From assembly GCA_029237755.1 (NCBI GenBank), contig JAQZBT010000001.1, forward strand, positions 1-28,159: a stretch of 28,159 nt of DNA. Reading direction: 5' to 3'. Made by a program: the position numbers and the translations under genes. This DNA is from Candidatus Saccharimonadota bacterium. GTDB taxonomy: Bacteria > Patescibacteriota > Saccharimonadia > UBA4664. Below are positions 16,727 through 23,678 of this stretch, piece after piece. Each line of letters opens with the position of its first letter. Within the stretch, counting starts at the first letter, position 1. The notes below the pieces were generated by a model that worked only from the letters and a program-made list of their open reading frames with translations, did no database searches and was not told the origin of the DNA.

Positions 16727-16751
16727 CACCGCAGTAAAAATGTGTTAAAAT
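16723..16751 (+). promoter_or_regulatory. Near-consensus sigma70 promoter upstream of the LPXTG protein gene
   Basis: TTGACA (16723-16728), 17 nt spacer, TG-t-TAAAAT (16746-16751). Confidence 0.85.
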
Positions 16752-16772
16752 GCTCCCACTGCAATTAGTGGG

Positions 16773-16895
16773 CAGGAATCCACCTGGACACGCATGCCGC
16801 CCATGCGTTTCAGGTGGGTTTCTGGTCGTTATGAGGTCAGGATTTACTCTTATGCTTGCACCTATGAGGAAACACTTCATACTGCGAGTCAAGAG
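16773..16895 (+). ncRNA. Structured 5' leader (two long irregular hairpins); unclassified
   Basis: About 23-bp stem 16773-16796/16802-16824 and about 19-bp stem 16847-16869/16875-16895, lying between the promoter and ATG 16946. Confidence 0.45.
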
Positions 16896-16945
16896 GGACA
16901 GGTTTTAACAATTCTTCCTATAAGAAGATACAAGGAGATTAAACT

Positions 16946-17983
16946 ATGGCTTCGTTGAAGCACATCATGAAGGGCCTGGGTATCGCTGCTAGCGCGGTTG
17001 CGCTCGCGTTGTCACTGGTGAGCCCTGTGGCAACTCAGGCTGCAGCCGGTGAGCCTCGCGACTGCGAGACCTTCTCCATCATCTACTGTGGCGCGTACAC
17101 CAAGGCCGAGTTGCTGAAGAAGATGACTGAAGGTGACGGTAGGCACTCCGCTGCCAATATCCAGCAGATCTACTACAAGGAAGGTCGCGGTGTTACCGAG
17201 GCCAACTTTAAGTCCGCCAGCACCGTCGACGGCCGCGTCTACAAGGACGGCCGCGTAGTCGTAAACGGCAAGACCGTTGCTACCGGTGGTAAGGCGATCA
17301 GCCGCACCTATACCGAAGGCTCGACCAAGAGCGGCTCGGTGTGGATGCGCCCCAACAGTCAGGGCTTCGCGGTCGACTCAATCCCGGCCTGGGTCAACAT
17401 GGACGGTGGCCAGTTCCGTTACTACATCATCAAGTCCTGTGGTAATATCGGCGTCGCTACTCCGGTAAAGACTCCGACTCCGTCTCCGACTCCCGCTCCA
17501 GTGCACGAGTTTGACTGTATCGACCTGGTGCCTACCCGTGTTACCAACAAGGGTAGTAACGACACCTACCGGTTCACCGTCACTCCCAAGGTCAAGAATG
17601 TAACAATCACTGGTTACCGCTTCACCTTCAGCGACGGCACCAGTGTGACGACTGCGGCTGACAAGCCCTTCGTGGAGCGCGAGATCAAGAGCGGTTCATT
17701 CAAGGTTCAGGCTCAGGTCATCACCAACAAGGGTGAGACCAAGATCGTTGAAGCTTGCACCGCCACGGTTAACATTACCGTCAACACCCCGTCTCCGACC
17801 CCGACTCCGACTCCGACTCCGACCGCTACTCCTCAGGTACTTGGTGTCACCACTCTGCCCGAGACCGGCCCGGCCGCTCTCCTGGGTGGTATCGCCGGCC
17901 TGACGGCTGTCGGCTACGCCGGTCGTTCGTACCTGCGCTCGCGCAAAGCCCTGATGGACTCGCTGCGCAACAAAAACCGTTAA
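16946..17983 (+). CDS. Secreted LPXTG (LPETG) cell-surface protein with an N-terminal Cys-containing domain, Pro/Thr linkers and one PKD/Ig-like domain
   Basis: Signal peptide (...SPVATQA), PT repeats, LPETG (17855-17869) followed by a hydrophobic segment and basic tail; SD AAGGAG. Confidence 0.85.
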   Translation: MASLKHIMKGLGIAASAVALALSLVSPVATQAAAGEPRDCETFSIIYCGAYTKAELLKKMTEGDGRHSAANIQQIYYKEGRGVTEANFKSASTVDGRVYKDGRVVVNGKTVATGGKAISRTYTEGSTKSGSVWMRPNSQGFAVDSIPAWVNMDGGQFRYYIIKSCGNIGVATPVKTPTPSPTPAPVHEFDCIDLVPTRVTNKGSNDTYRFTVTPKVKNVTITGYRFTFSDGTSVTTAADKPFVEREIKSGSFKVQAQVITNKGETKIVEACTATVNITVNTPSPTPTPTPTPTATPQVLGVTTLPETGPAALLGGIAGLTAVGYAGRSYLRSRKALMDSLRNKNR

Positions 17984-17993
17984 TTTGTAGTAA

Positions 17994-18009
17994 CGGGGCC
18001 TCGGCCCCG
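17994..18009 (+). terminator. GC hairpin after the first LPXTG gene
   Basis: CGGGGC-CTCG-GCCCCG, about 10 nt after the stop. Confidence 0.4.
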
Positions 18010-18049
18010 GAACGTGTAATTGACAGTCAGTCGCGGATTTCGTGACAAT

Positions 18050-18088
18050 CAACAAACCCTGCTCTCTACGGCGGGGTTTGTTGTGTTA
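18050..18088 (+). terminator. 14-bp hairpin with T-rich tail; probable terminator
   Basis: CAACAAACCCTGCT-CTCTAC-GGCGGGGTTTGTTG followed by TGTT. Confidence 0.6.
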
Positions 18089-18095
18089 TGTAGCA

Positions 18096-18124
18096 TTGAA
18101 AAATCGCTTGGCGACGGTTAGTAT
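18096..18124 (+). promoter_or_regulatory. Promoter of the second LPXTG gene
   Basis: TTGAAA (18096-18101), 17 nt spacer, TAGTAT (18119-18124). Confidence 0.65.
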
Positions 18125-18166
18125 TACGTCTCAACGTGTGAGCAAGCAGACTGTGAAGGGAGCATT

Positions 18167-19381
18167 ATGGACTTGCTAAGACGCTTCGGATGGGTGTTGT
18201 TACTTGTGCCAGCTGCGTACATGGTCGGGTTCGGTTGGCCGCAGGCCCAACCTGAGAAACGGCTAGCTGCCACTACCAGCTTTCTGGGGACACCAACTCC
18301 GGCGGCTAAACCGGCGCCCAAGCCAACTACGAGGGTTATTACCAGGCCGGCGCCGCAGCCAAAAACCACGGTCATCGTGAAGCCGGCGCCAAGGCCCCAG
18401 AAGACAGTGATCATAAGGCAAGCGCCACAGCCAACGCCACGGGTCATCTATAAGCAGGCACCGACGCCGAGGCCGCAAGTGATACACAGGACTGCTCCGG
18501 CACCAGCGCCGCGCGTAGTCACGACTGTGCCGGCCCAACAAACGGTGGTGCGCAACCCGAGCTTCACCTGTGATGCGATGACCGTGACCAAGGCATCGGA
18601 CACGATGTGGCGGTTCAATATGCAATCGCGAGTTTCGGATACCCAGGCCGAAGGGTACAGGTTCACTTTTAGCGACCAGGGGCAGGCTACGACTTCGAAT
18701 CCCTGGATCGATAAGCCGGTGACTACCGGACCGATTAAGGTCTATGGCCAGGTGCTGACTAATGAAGGTGAATCGCCGGTGAGTGATGCGTGCAGTGTCA
18801 CTGCAGGAGGCGAGCGGCCGGTAGCTGCGGCTGCGGATCCTGTGACGGTAGTGGCTCCGGCGCCGGCGAACGCAGCGCCGGTGGGACCGGCGGTGCTACA
18901 TTGCGACAAGGTCACGGTGTCGGATGTTTCGCCAACGATGTGGCGCTTTTCGGTCCACGCGCGGGCGGAGAACACCACTATTAGTGGATACCGGTTCTCA
19001 TTTAGTGATAGCGGCGCGCAGGCCACCACCGATGCCGGCCATCCCTACACAGACAAGGTGAAGACCAGTAGTCCATTGAAGGTGCGGGCTCAAGTGCTGG
19101 GAAATGACGGTTCCGTGACGCCTCAAACTGAGCAGTGCAGTGTTACGGCCGGTGGGACCGGAGCGTCGCCTGCGCCAACCAGGTCGGCCAGTCCGGCACC
19201 GACCTATTCGGTAACGCCAACGCCCAGTGGGCAAGTGCTCGGGGCGGCGACTCCGGCATTGCCTGACACCGGCCCTGAGGTGGCATTGGGCGGTGCGGTT
19301 GGATTGGGCATTGTGGGCTATGCCGGCCGGGCATACTTACGGTCGCGGAAAGCATTACGAGATTCTTTGAAGCGTCGCTAG
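18167..19381 (+). CDS. Secreted LPXTG (LPDTG) cell-surface protein with a 12-aa Pro-rich repeat stalk and two PKD/Ig-like domains; paralog of 16946..17983
   Basis: N-terminal hydrophobic segment, six 12-aa repeats, duplicated C...YRFxFSD...C domain, and a QVLG..LPDTG...GYAGRAYLRSRKAL tail nearly identical to the neighbour. Confidence 0.85.
   Translation: MDLLRRFGWVLLLVPAAYMVGFGWPQAQPEKRLAATTSFLGTPTPAAKPAPKPTTRVITRPAPQPKTTVIVKPAPRPQKTVIIRQAPQPTPRVIYKQAPTPRPQVIHRTAPAPAPRVVTTVPAQQTVVRNPSFTCDAMTVTKASDTMWRFNMQSRVSDTQAEGYRFTFSDQGQATTSNPWIDKPVTTGPIKVYGQVLTNEGESPVSDACSVTAGGERPVAAAADPVTVVAPAPANAAPVGPAVLHCDKVTVSDVSPTMWRFSVHARAENTTISGYRFSFSDSGAQATTDAGHPYTDKVKTSSPLKVRAQVLGNDGSVTPQTEQCSVTAGGTGASPAPTRSASPAPTYSVTPTPSGQVLGAATPALPDTGPEVALGGAVGLGIVGYAGRAYLRSRKALRDSLKRR
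18308..18523 (+). repeat. Six tandem 36-nt (12-aa) degenerate coding repeats
   Basis: KPAPKPTTRVIT / RPAPQPKTTVIV / KPAPRPQKTVII / RQAPQPTPRVIY / KQAPTPRPQVIH / RTAPAPAPRVVT. Confidence 0.85.
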
Positions 19382-19452
19382 CTGAATGCTGGATGTGAGC
19401 CATTGCCAGATAGGGGAGTGTTATTGACGAGCGCCGCTACCGATTACGTAAC

Positions 19453-19550
19453 TGTGGATAACTGCAGGCAATAGTTATCCACAATAGTCAAAGATTTGAA
19501 CTCAACGAGGCCTAAACAGCCTCGTTTTGGTGTCTGGGAGGGGTGGATAA
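19453..19550. promoter_or_regulatory. DnaA boxes upstream of mraZ
   Basis: TGTGGATAA (19453-19461) and TTATCCACA (19475-19483) are perfect and inverted; GGTGGATAA (19542-19550) has one mismatch. Confidence 0.8.
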
Positions 19551-19557
19551 CATCGAC

Positions 19558-19609
19558 TGGACAGTGGGTAAGCATGGGTACTATACTGCTTTCAGTGGGT
19601 TGCAGTGGG
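19558..19609 (+). promoter_or_regulatory. mraZ/dcw promoter with MraZ-binding GTGGG repeats
   Basis: TGGACA (19558-19563), 18 nt spacer, TATACT (19582-19587). GTGGG at 19564, ATGGG at 19574, GTGGG at 19595 and 19605 (10-nt period within each pair). Confidence 0.8.
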
Positions 19610-19639
19610 TAGCACTCACCACGGTAGGAACAACAAAAC

Positions 19640-19996
19640 TTGGATTTCTTCGAACGAAAACTAGACGACAAGAACCGGCTAACCATTCCGGCAGAGGTAC
19701 GTCACGAGTTTGAAGGCGGAAGAGTTGTTATCACCCGCGGTTTTGCTAAATACCTGCATCTGTACACTGAAAAGGTCTGGAACGAAGACATGGAGACGGC
19801 GCTCAAAGGGGACATCCTCGACGAGCGAACGGCCGATATCAATGTCCAGTTCAGAACGGGCAAGACGACCTCAGGCATGGACGCCAAGCAGGGTCGGATC
19901 ACGCTCGAACAACATCTCCTCGATTACGCAGGCATAGGCAAGGAGGTGGTCGCTGTCAGAGCCGGAAAGTACTGGCGCCTGACGGCCAAAGAATAA
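19640..19996 (+). CDS. mraZ: Division/cell wall cluster transcriptional repressor MraZ (short form)
   Basis: LDDKNRLTIPA, VITRG...LHLY and MDAKQGRITL motifs; first gene of the dcw cluster; TTG start. Confidence 0.93.
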   Translation: MDFFERKLDDKNRLTIPAEVRHEFEGGRVVITRGFAKYLHLYTEKVWNEDMETALKGDILDERTADINVQFRTGKTTSGMDAKQGRITLEQHLLDYAGIGKEVVAVRAGKYWRLTAKE

Positions 19997-20052
19997 CTTA
20001 GTTTTTTACTCAAAAAGAACCTTAAAAACCAAAACAAACATTTTAAAGGCAG

Positions 20053-20279
20053 CTATTTGGCAGTCAGCGAAACGGATCATAGGCAACCGTCTCAAGAGCC
20101 TCGAACCTCTATCGTAAACTCCACCTCACAACACACACTCTTTTTAGGAATTATTCATTCTCGAATAATTCCTTACCACACTTCGTCGCAAGGCGAAAAA
20201 ACTCCACTCCCCCTGTCGAGAGTCGAAACATGGCAGCGAATAACAAAAACGTTCAAACAAAAAGCTGACTGCTGAATAG
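20053..20279 (+). ncRNA. Candidate structured RNA element in the mraZ-rsmH spacer; unclassified
   Basis: 16-bp closing stem 20053-20068/20264-20279, 11-bp perfect hairpin 20146-20173, and GCAA tetraloop hairpin 20182-20197. Confidence 0.4.
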
Positions 20280-20291
20280 GTGACCTTGAAA

Positions 20292-21218
20292 ATGCAAACT
20301 CCACACCAACCAGTCCTATTAGACCAAGTCGTCACGGTCCTCGCTCCAAAATTGGGTGAGGCCTACGTTGATGGTACGGCCGGATACGGCGGACACGCCG
20401 CAGAAGTACTGGACAAGATCGGACCGGAAGGCCGGCTGATCCTGGTGGACCGGGACTCCAACGCCATCAAGGCGCTGGCGGAACGGTTCGGGGACCATGC
20501 AGAGATTATCCACGCCGACTTTCTGGAGGCAGCCCAAAGGCTGCTCGAGGATGGAACGCTCGTAGATATGATCCTGTTGGACCTGGGGGTTTCGTCACCA
20601 CAGCTTGACAATGCACAGAGAGGATTCAGCTTCAAAACTGATGCGGCTCTGGATATGCGGATGGACCAGTCCCAAAGCCTAACGGCGGCGGATGTGGTCA
20701 ACCACACTCCGGCTCGGGAGCTCGAGCGGATCATTCGGGAGTACGGCGAAGAGCCGCGCGCCCGGGCGGTCGCCAGAGCGATCGTAGACGGCAGGCCATA
20801 CGCCACGACGGCCAAATTAGCCAAAGTCGTGCGTAGTGCCGCGTTGGTCGGCGGAGATATTGATCCCGCCACCCGTACCTTCCAGGCAATCCGCATCAAG
20901 GTGAATGCTGAGCTCGAACAGTTGCGGGAAGCCCTGCCGGTATTCAACAAAATTTTGAGGACCGGAGGCCGGCTGGCCGTCATCAGTTTTCATTCTCTCG
21001 AAGATCGCATCGTGAAGCAGTTCATTGAAACTGAATCGCGGGATTGCATTTGTCCACCAAAACAGCCAATATGTACATGTGGACATACCGCTAGCCTTAA
21101 AAAGCTAACGGGTAAACCGATTACCGCCGATTCCACCGAGATTGCTATCAATCCGCGTGCCAGGAGTGCAAAGCTCCGCGCCGCCGAAAAAATAAACAAA
21201 AACAAAAGGAGGACATAA
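20292..21218 (+). CDS. rsmH: 16S rRNA m4C1402 methyltransferase RsmH (MraW)
   Basis: HQPVLL, DGTAGYGGH, DLGVSSPQLD, ATRTFQAIRI, ISFHSLEDRIVK and NPRARSAKLR motifs. The start may be ATG 20292 or GTG 20280. Confidence 0.98.
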   Translation: MQTPHQPVLLDQVVTVLAPKLGEAYVDGTAGYGGHAAEVLDKIGPEGRLILVDRDSNAIKALAERFGDHAEIIHADFLEAAQRLLEDGTLVDMILLDLGVSSPQLDNAQRGFSFKTDAALDMRMDQSQSLTAADVVNHTPARELERIIREYGEEPRARAVARAIVDGRPYATTAKLAKVVRSAALVGGDIDPATRTFQAIRIKVNAELEQLREALPVFNKILRTGGRLAVISFHSLEDRIVKQFIETESRDCICPPKQPICTCGHTASLKKLTGKPITADSTEIAINPRARSAKLRAAEKINKNKRRT

Positions 21219-21220
21219 AT

Positions 21221-21283
21221 ATGTCCATCAAGGTAGAAGGCCGTTCTCGCCGCGTCGCGGTGAAAGTTCGTGTCAAGAAATAA
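21221..21283 (+). CDS. 20-aa basic small protein (MSIKVEGRSRRVAVKVRVKK); not in the ORF track
   Basis: AAAAGGAGG SD 8 nt upstream of ATG 21221; TAA at 21281-21283; lies 2 nt after the rsmH stop. Confidence 0.6.
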   Translation: MSIKVEGRSRRVAVKVRVKK

Positions 21284-21285
21284 CG

Positions 21286-21333
21286 CATAGGGCGATACAG
21301 CCCGGGACGACACACCCCGGGCTGCCGCCCATG
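21286..21333 (+). other. Long GC hairpin between the small ORF and ftsL
   Basis: CAGCCCGGG/CCCGGGCTG (21298-21306/21316-21324), extended by GGGCG/CGCCC; no U-tract. Confidence 0.55.
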
Positions 21334-21437
21334 TTAGTGTCGAAGCCTTGCACCCAAGGCAGTCCTTCGCAGGCGCACCCGCTTGCACCAAAAAAAGTCC
21401 GACAAAAATACAAAAAGAAAACGTTAGGTAAAAACTT

Positions 21438-21758
21438 ATGGCAACTGCCGCTTTTACGGCGCGCCGGAATCAGAACCTGTACCGGCAGCCAACCAAGTTG
21501 CAGCTTGGTCCGACATCGGCAACATTTGTCGTGATCGCACTGATTAGTGTGCTCGCGCTTCTATACCTCAATCAGATCACCAAAACCAATGCCTTCAGCT
21601 ACAAGCTGACCGAGCAGTCGGCCCAAAGGGACCGTGTGCTAGCGGAAAAGCGCGAGCTGCAAGTGGAAGCAGGACGACTCCAGTCCATCGAAGCTACCAA
21701 GAACTCCAACGTGGCCAAGGGGATGGTTCCGACCTCCCAAGTCACGTACGCCCGGTAA
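21438..21758 (+). CDS. ftsL: Cell division protein FtsL (putative)
   Basis: 106 aa with a basic cytoplasmic N-terminus, single TM segment and coiled coil (LQVEAGRLQSIE); lies between rsmH and ftsI. Confidence 0.75.
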   Translation: MATAAFTARRNQNLYRQPTKLQLGPTSATFVVIALISVLALLYLNQITKTNAFSYKLTEQSAQRDRVLAEKRELQVEAGRLQSIEATKNSNVAKGMVPTSQVTYAR

Positions 21759-21790
21759 TCTGATCTACAGATTGGTATAGGATAAGAACA

Positions 21791-23554
21791 GTGGCACGAA
21801 TCAGCGATACGATTACGCAACGCAGGCGACTGGGATACTTCAGTGTGATCCTGGTCGTCTTCGGTGCGGTACTGGTGGCGCGGCTGTTCTATTTGCAGAT
21901 CGTCCGCCACGATCATTACGTCGCCCAGGCGTCGGCCGAGCACACTCGTAAATACGAAGTGCCAGCCCGCCGGGGCGAGCTGTTTTTGCGTGACGGCGAG
22001 GGGACGACCCCGATCGCGCTCAACCAGACCCTGAAGCTGATCTACGCCGATCCGCGACTGGTGGACAACAAGGAGAAGACGGCCGAGAAGCTGTCATTCG
22101 TGCTGGCGATGTCCAAAGATGAACTTATCAAGCGCCTGAACCGGGGCATCGAATATACGGTATTGGCCGAGCGGGTGCCGCGCGAGACGGCCGAGAAGGT
22201 GGCCAAACTAGACCTCAAAGGTGTCGGTCTGGTCAATCGTGATTACCGGACTTATCCCGAAGGACAGTTGGCGGCGCAGACCGTCGGCTTTGTGAATGCT
22301 GACTTCGTCGGCCAATACGGCATAGAGGGTTACTTGAACGAACAACTGGCTGGAAAACCAGGACAGCTGGCGGCCAAGACCGACGCCCATGGCGTGCCTA
22401 TCGCCACGGCCGACAACATCTCCAAGCTGCCGGAAGACGGCAAGAGTTATGTATTGACCATCGACCGTAATATCCAGGCCAAGGTGGAGCAGGAACTGAA
22501 GACTCACATTGAGGCGGTGCGGGCGAAATCGGGCAGCATCGTGGTAATGGATCCCTGGACGGGAGAGATCAAGGCGATGGCCAACTTTCCCACGTTTGAC
22601 CCCAACACCTACAGCCAGGTGTCGGACTACAGCGTGTTTGTTAATCAGGCCGTGGCAAGCCAGTTTGAGCCCGGCTCGGGTGTGAAGGCGTTTACGCTGG
22701 CGGCGGGATTGGACCAGGGCAAGGTTACGCCCGACACGACCTACGATGACCCGGGCTGTAACCGCGTCGACGACCGGACCATCTGTAATGCCGCGGGTGA
22801 CAAGGCGGGACGGGGCAAGACCATGACCGTGGTGCTGAGGGACTCGCTCAACACTGGTGTCATGCACGTACTCAGGCTGCTCGGAGGTGACGTCAATAAG
22901 ATCAACCTGGTCGGCAAGAAGATCCTCTACGAGTACTTCACTCATAAGCACTTTGGATTTGGCGAGCGGACCGGCATCGAGCAGGCCAACGAGGCGCCCG
23001 GCGTCGTGAAGGAGCCGAGTAATGCCTCCGGCAACAACACGACGTATGCCAACATGACCTTTGGCCAGGGTATGAGTGTGACCATGGTGCAAATGGTGGC
23101 CGCGATGGCTGCGATTGCCAACGGTGGGACATGGTACCAGCCGCGCGTCGTGGATGCCGTAATCGGCTCGGACGATGAACCGCAAAAGCTCCCGGCCAAG
23201 GCGGTCCGGGAAGGTATTATCTCGAAGAAAACCGCTACCGACTTGTCTCAGATGTTGACGGTGGTAGTGGAACGCGGCTCGGGTTTCCGCGCCAAGATCC
23301 CCGGCTACACCAACCAGATAGCGGGCAAGACGGGTACGGCGCAGGTGCCGCGACCGGACGGGCAGGGCTATTACGCTGACCGGACAATCGGTACGTTCGT
23401 CGGCTTCGCTCCGGTGTCGAACCCGCGGTTCGTCTTGATGGTGCGTATCAACGAGCCCAAGATCAATGGTTATGCTGAAGTTACGACCGTGCCGGCTTTT
23501 CGGACCATCTGCGACTGGTTGTTTAAGTACTATGGGATACCGCCAACGTCATGA
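21791..23554 (+). CDS. ftsI: Division-specific class B PBP (FtsI/PBP3-like)
   Basis: ARRGELF, FEPGSGVKAF (SxxK), DSLNTG (SxN) and IAGKTGTAQ (KTG); dcw position. Confidence 0.92.
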   Translation: MARISDTITQRRRLGYFSVILVVFGAVLVARLFYLQIVRHDHYVAQASAEHTRKYEVPARRGELFLRDGEGTTPIALNQTLKLIYADPRLVDNKEKTAEKLSFVLAMSKDELIKRLNRGIEYTVLAERVPRETAEKVAKLDLKGVGLVNRDYRTYPEGQLAAQTVGFVNADFVGQYGIEGYLNEQLAGKPGQLAAKTDAHGVPIATADNISKLPEDGKSYVLTIDRNIQAKVEQELKTHIEAVRAKSGSIVVMDPWTGEIKAMANFPTFDPNTYSQVSDYSVFVNQAVASQFEPGSGVKAFTLAAGLDQGKVTPDTTYDDPGCNRVDDRTICNAAGDKAGRGKTMTVVLRDSLNTGVMHVLRLLGGDVNKINLVGKKILYEYFTHKHFGFGERTGIEQANEAPGVVKEPSNASGNNTTYANMTFGQGMSVTMVQMVAAMAAIANGGTWYQPRVVDAVIGSDDEPQKLPAKAVREGIISKKTATDLSQMLTVVVERGSGFRAKIPGYTNQIAGKTGTAQVPRPDGQGYYADRTIGTFVGFAPVSNPRFVLMVRINEPKINGYAEVTTVPAFRTICDWLFKYYGIPPTS

Positions 23555-23653
23555 TCATCGGAGTGCTCTTCCAAATGGCCAGTATCATCGCCAGCACTCC
23601 GCTGCGCGCGCACCGTCCGGCCCTACGGGAGCGCCGGTTTGAGCCTACAGATA

Positions 23654-23662
23654 TGGTAAAAT
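23654..23662 (+). promoter_or_regulatory. Possible internal extended -10 promoter for mraY
   Basis: TG-g-TAAAAT 16 nt upstream of mraY ATG 23679, which has no SD. Confidence 0.5.
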
Positions 23663-23678
23663 AACACGAGCACAAAGC

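Noticed and set aside
17459-17832. CCGACT-type short tandem repeats
   Set aside because: They encode ordinary Pro-Thr/Ser linkers; not a CRISPR array or contingency locus.
18020-18049. TTGACA-18 nt-GACAAT as a promoter for a small RNA
   Set aside because: The -10 lacks the first T, and the TSS would fall inside the terminator hairpin.
19440-19560. oriC at the DnaA boxes
   Set aside because: Only three boxes, no dnaA/dnaN nearby, no evident AT-rich unwinding element, and no change in gene orientation; a regulatory role fits better.
20057-20335. ORFs 20057..20275 (+) and 20144..20335 (-) in the mraZ-rsmH spacer
   Set aside because: No SD, TTG or weak starts, and composition unlike the real genes; the long-range base pairing explains the region better.
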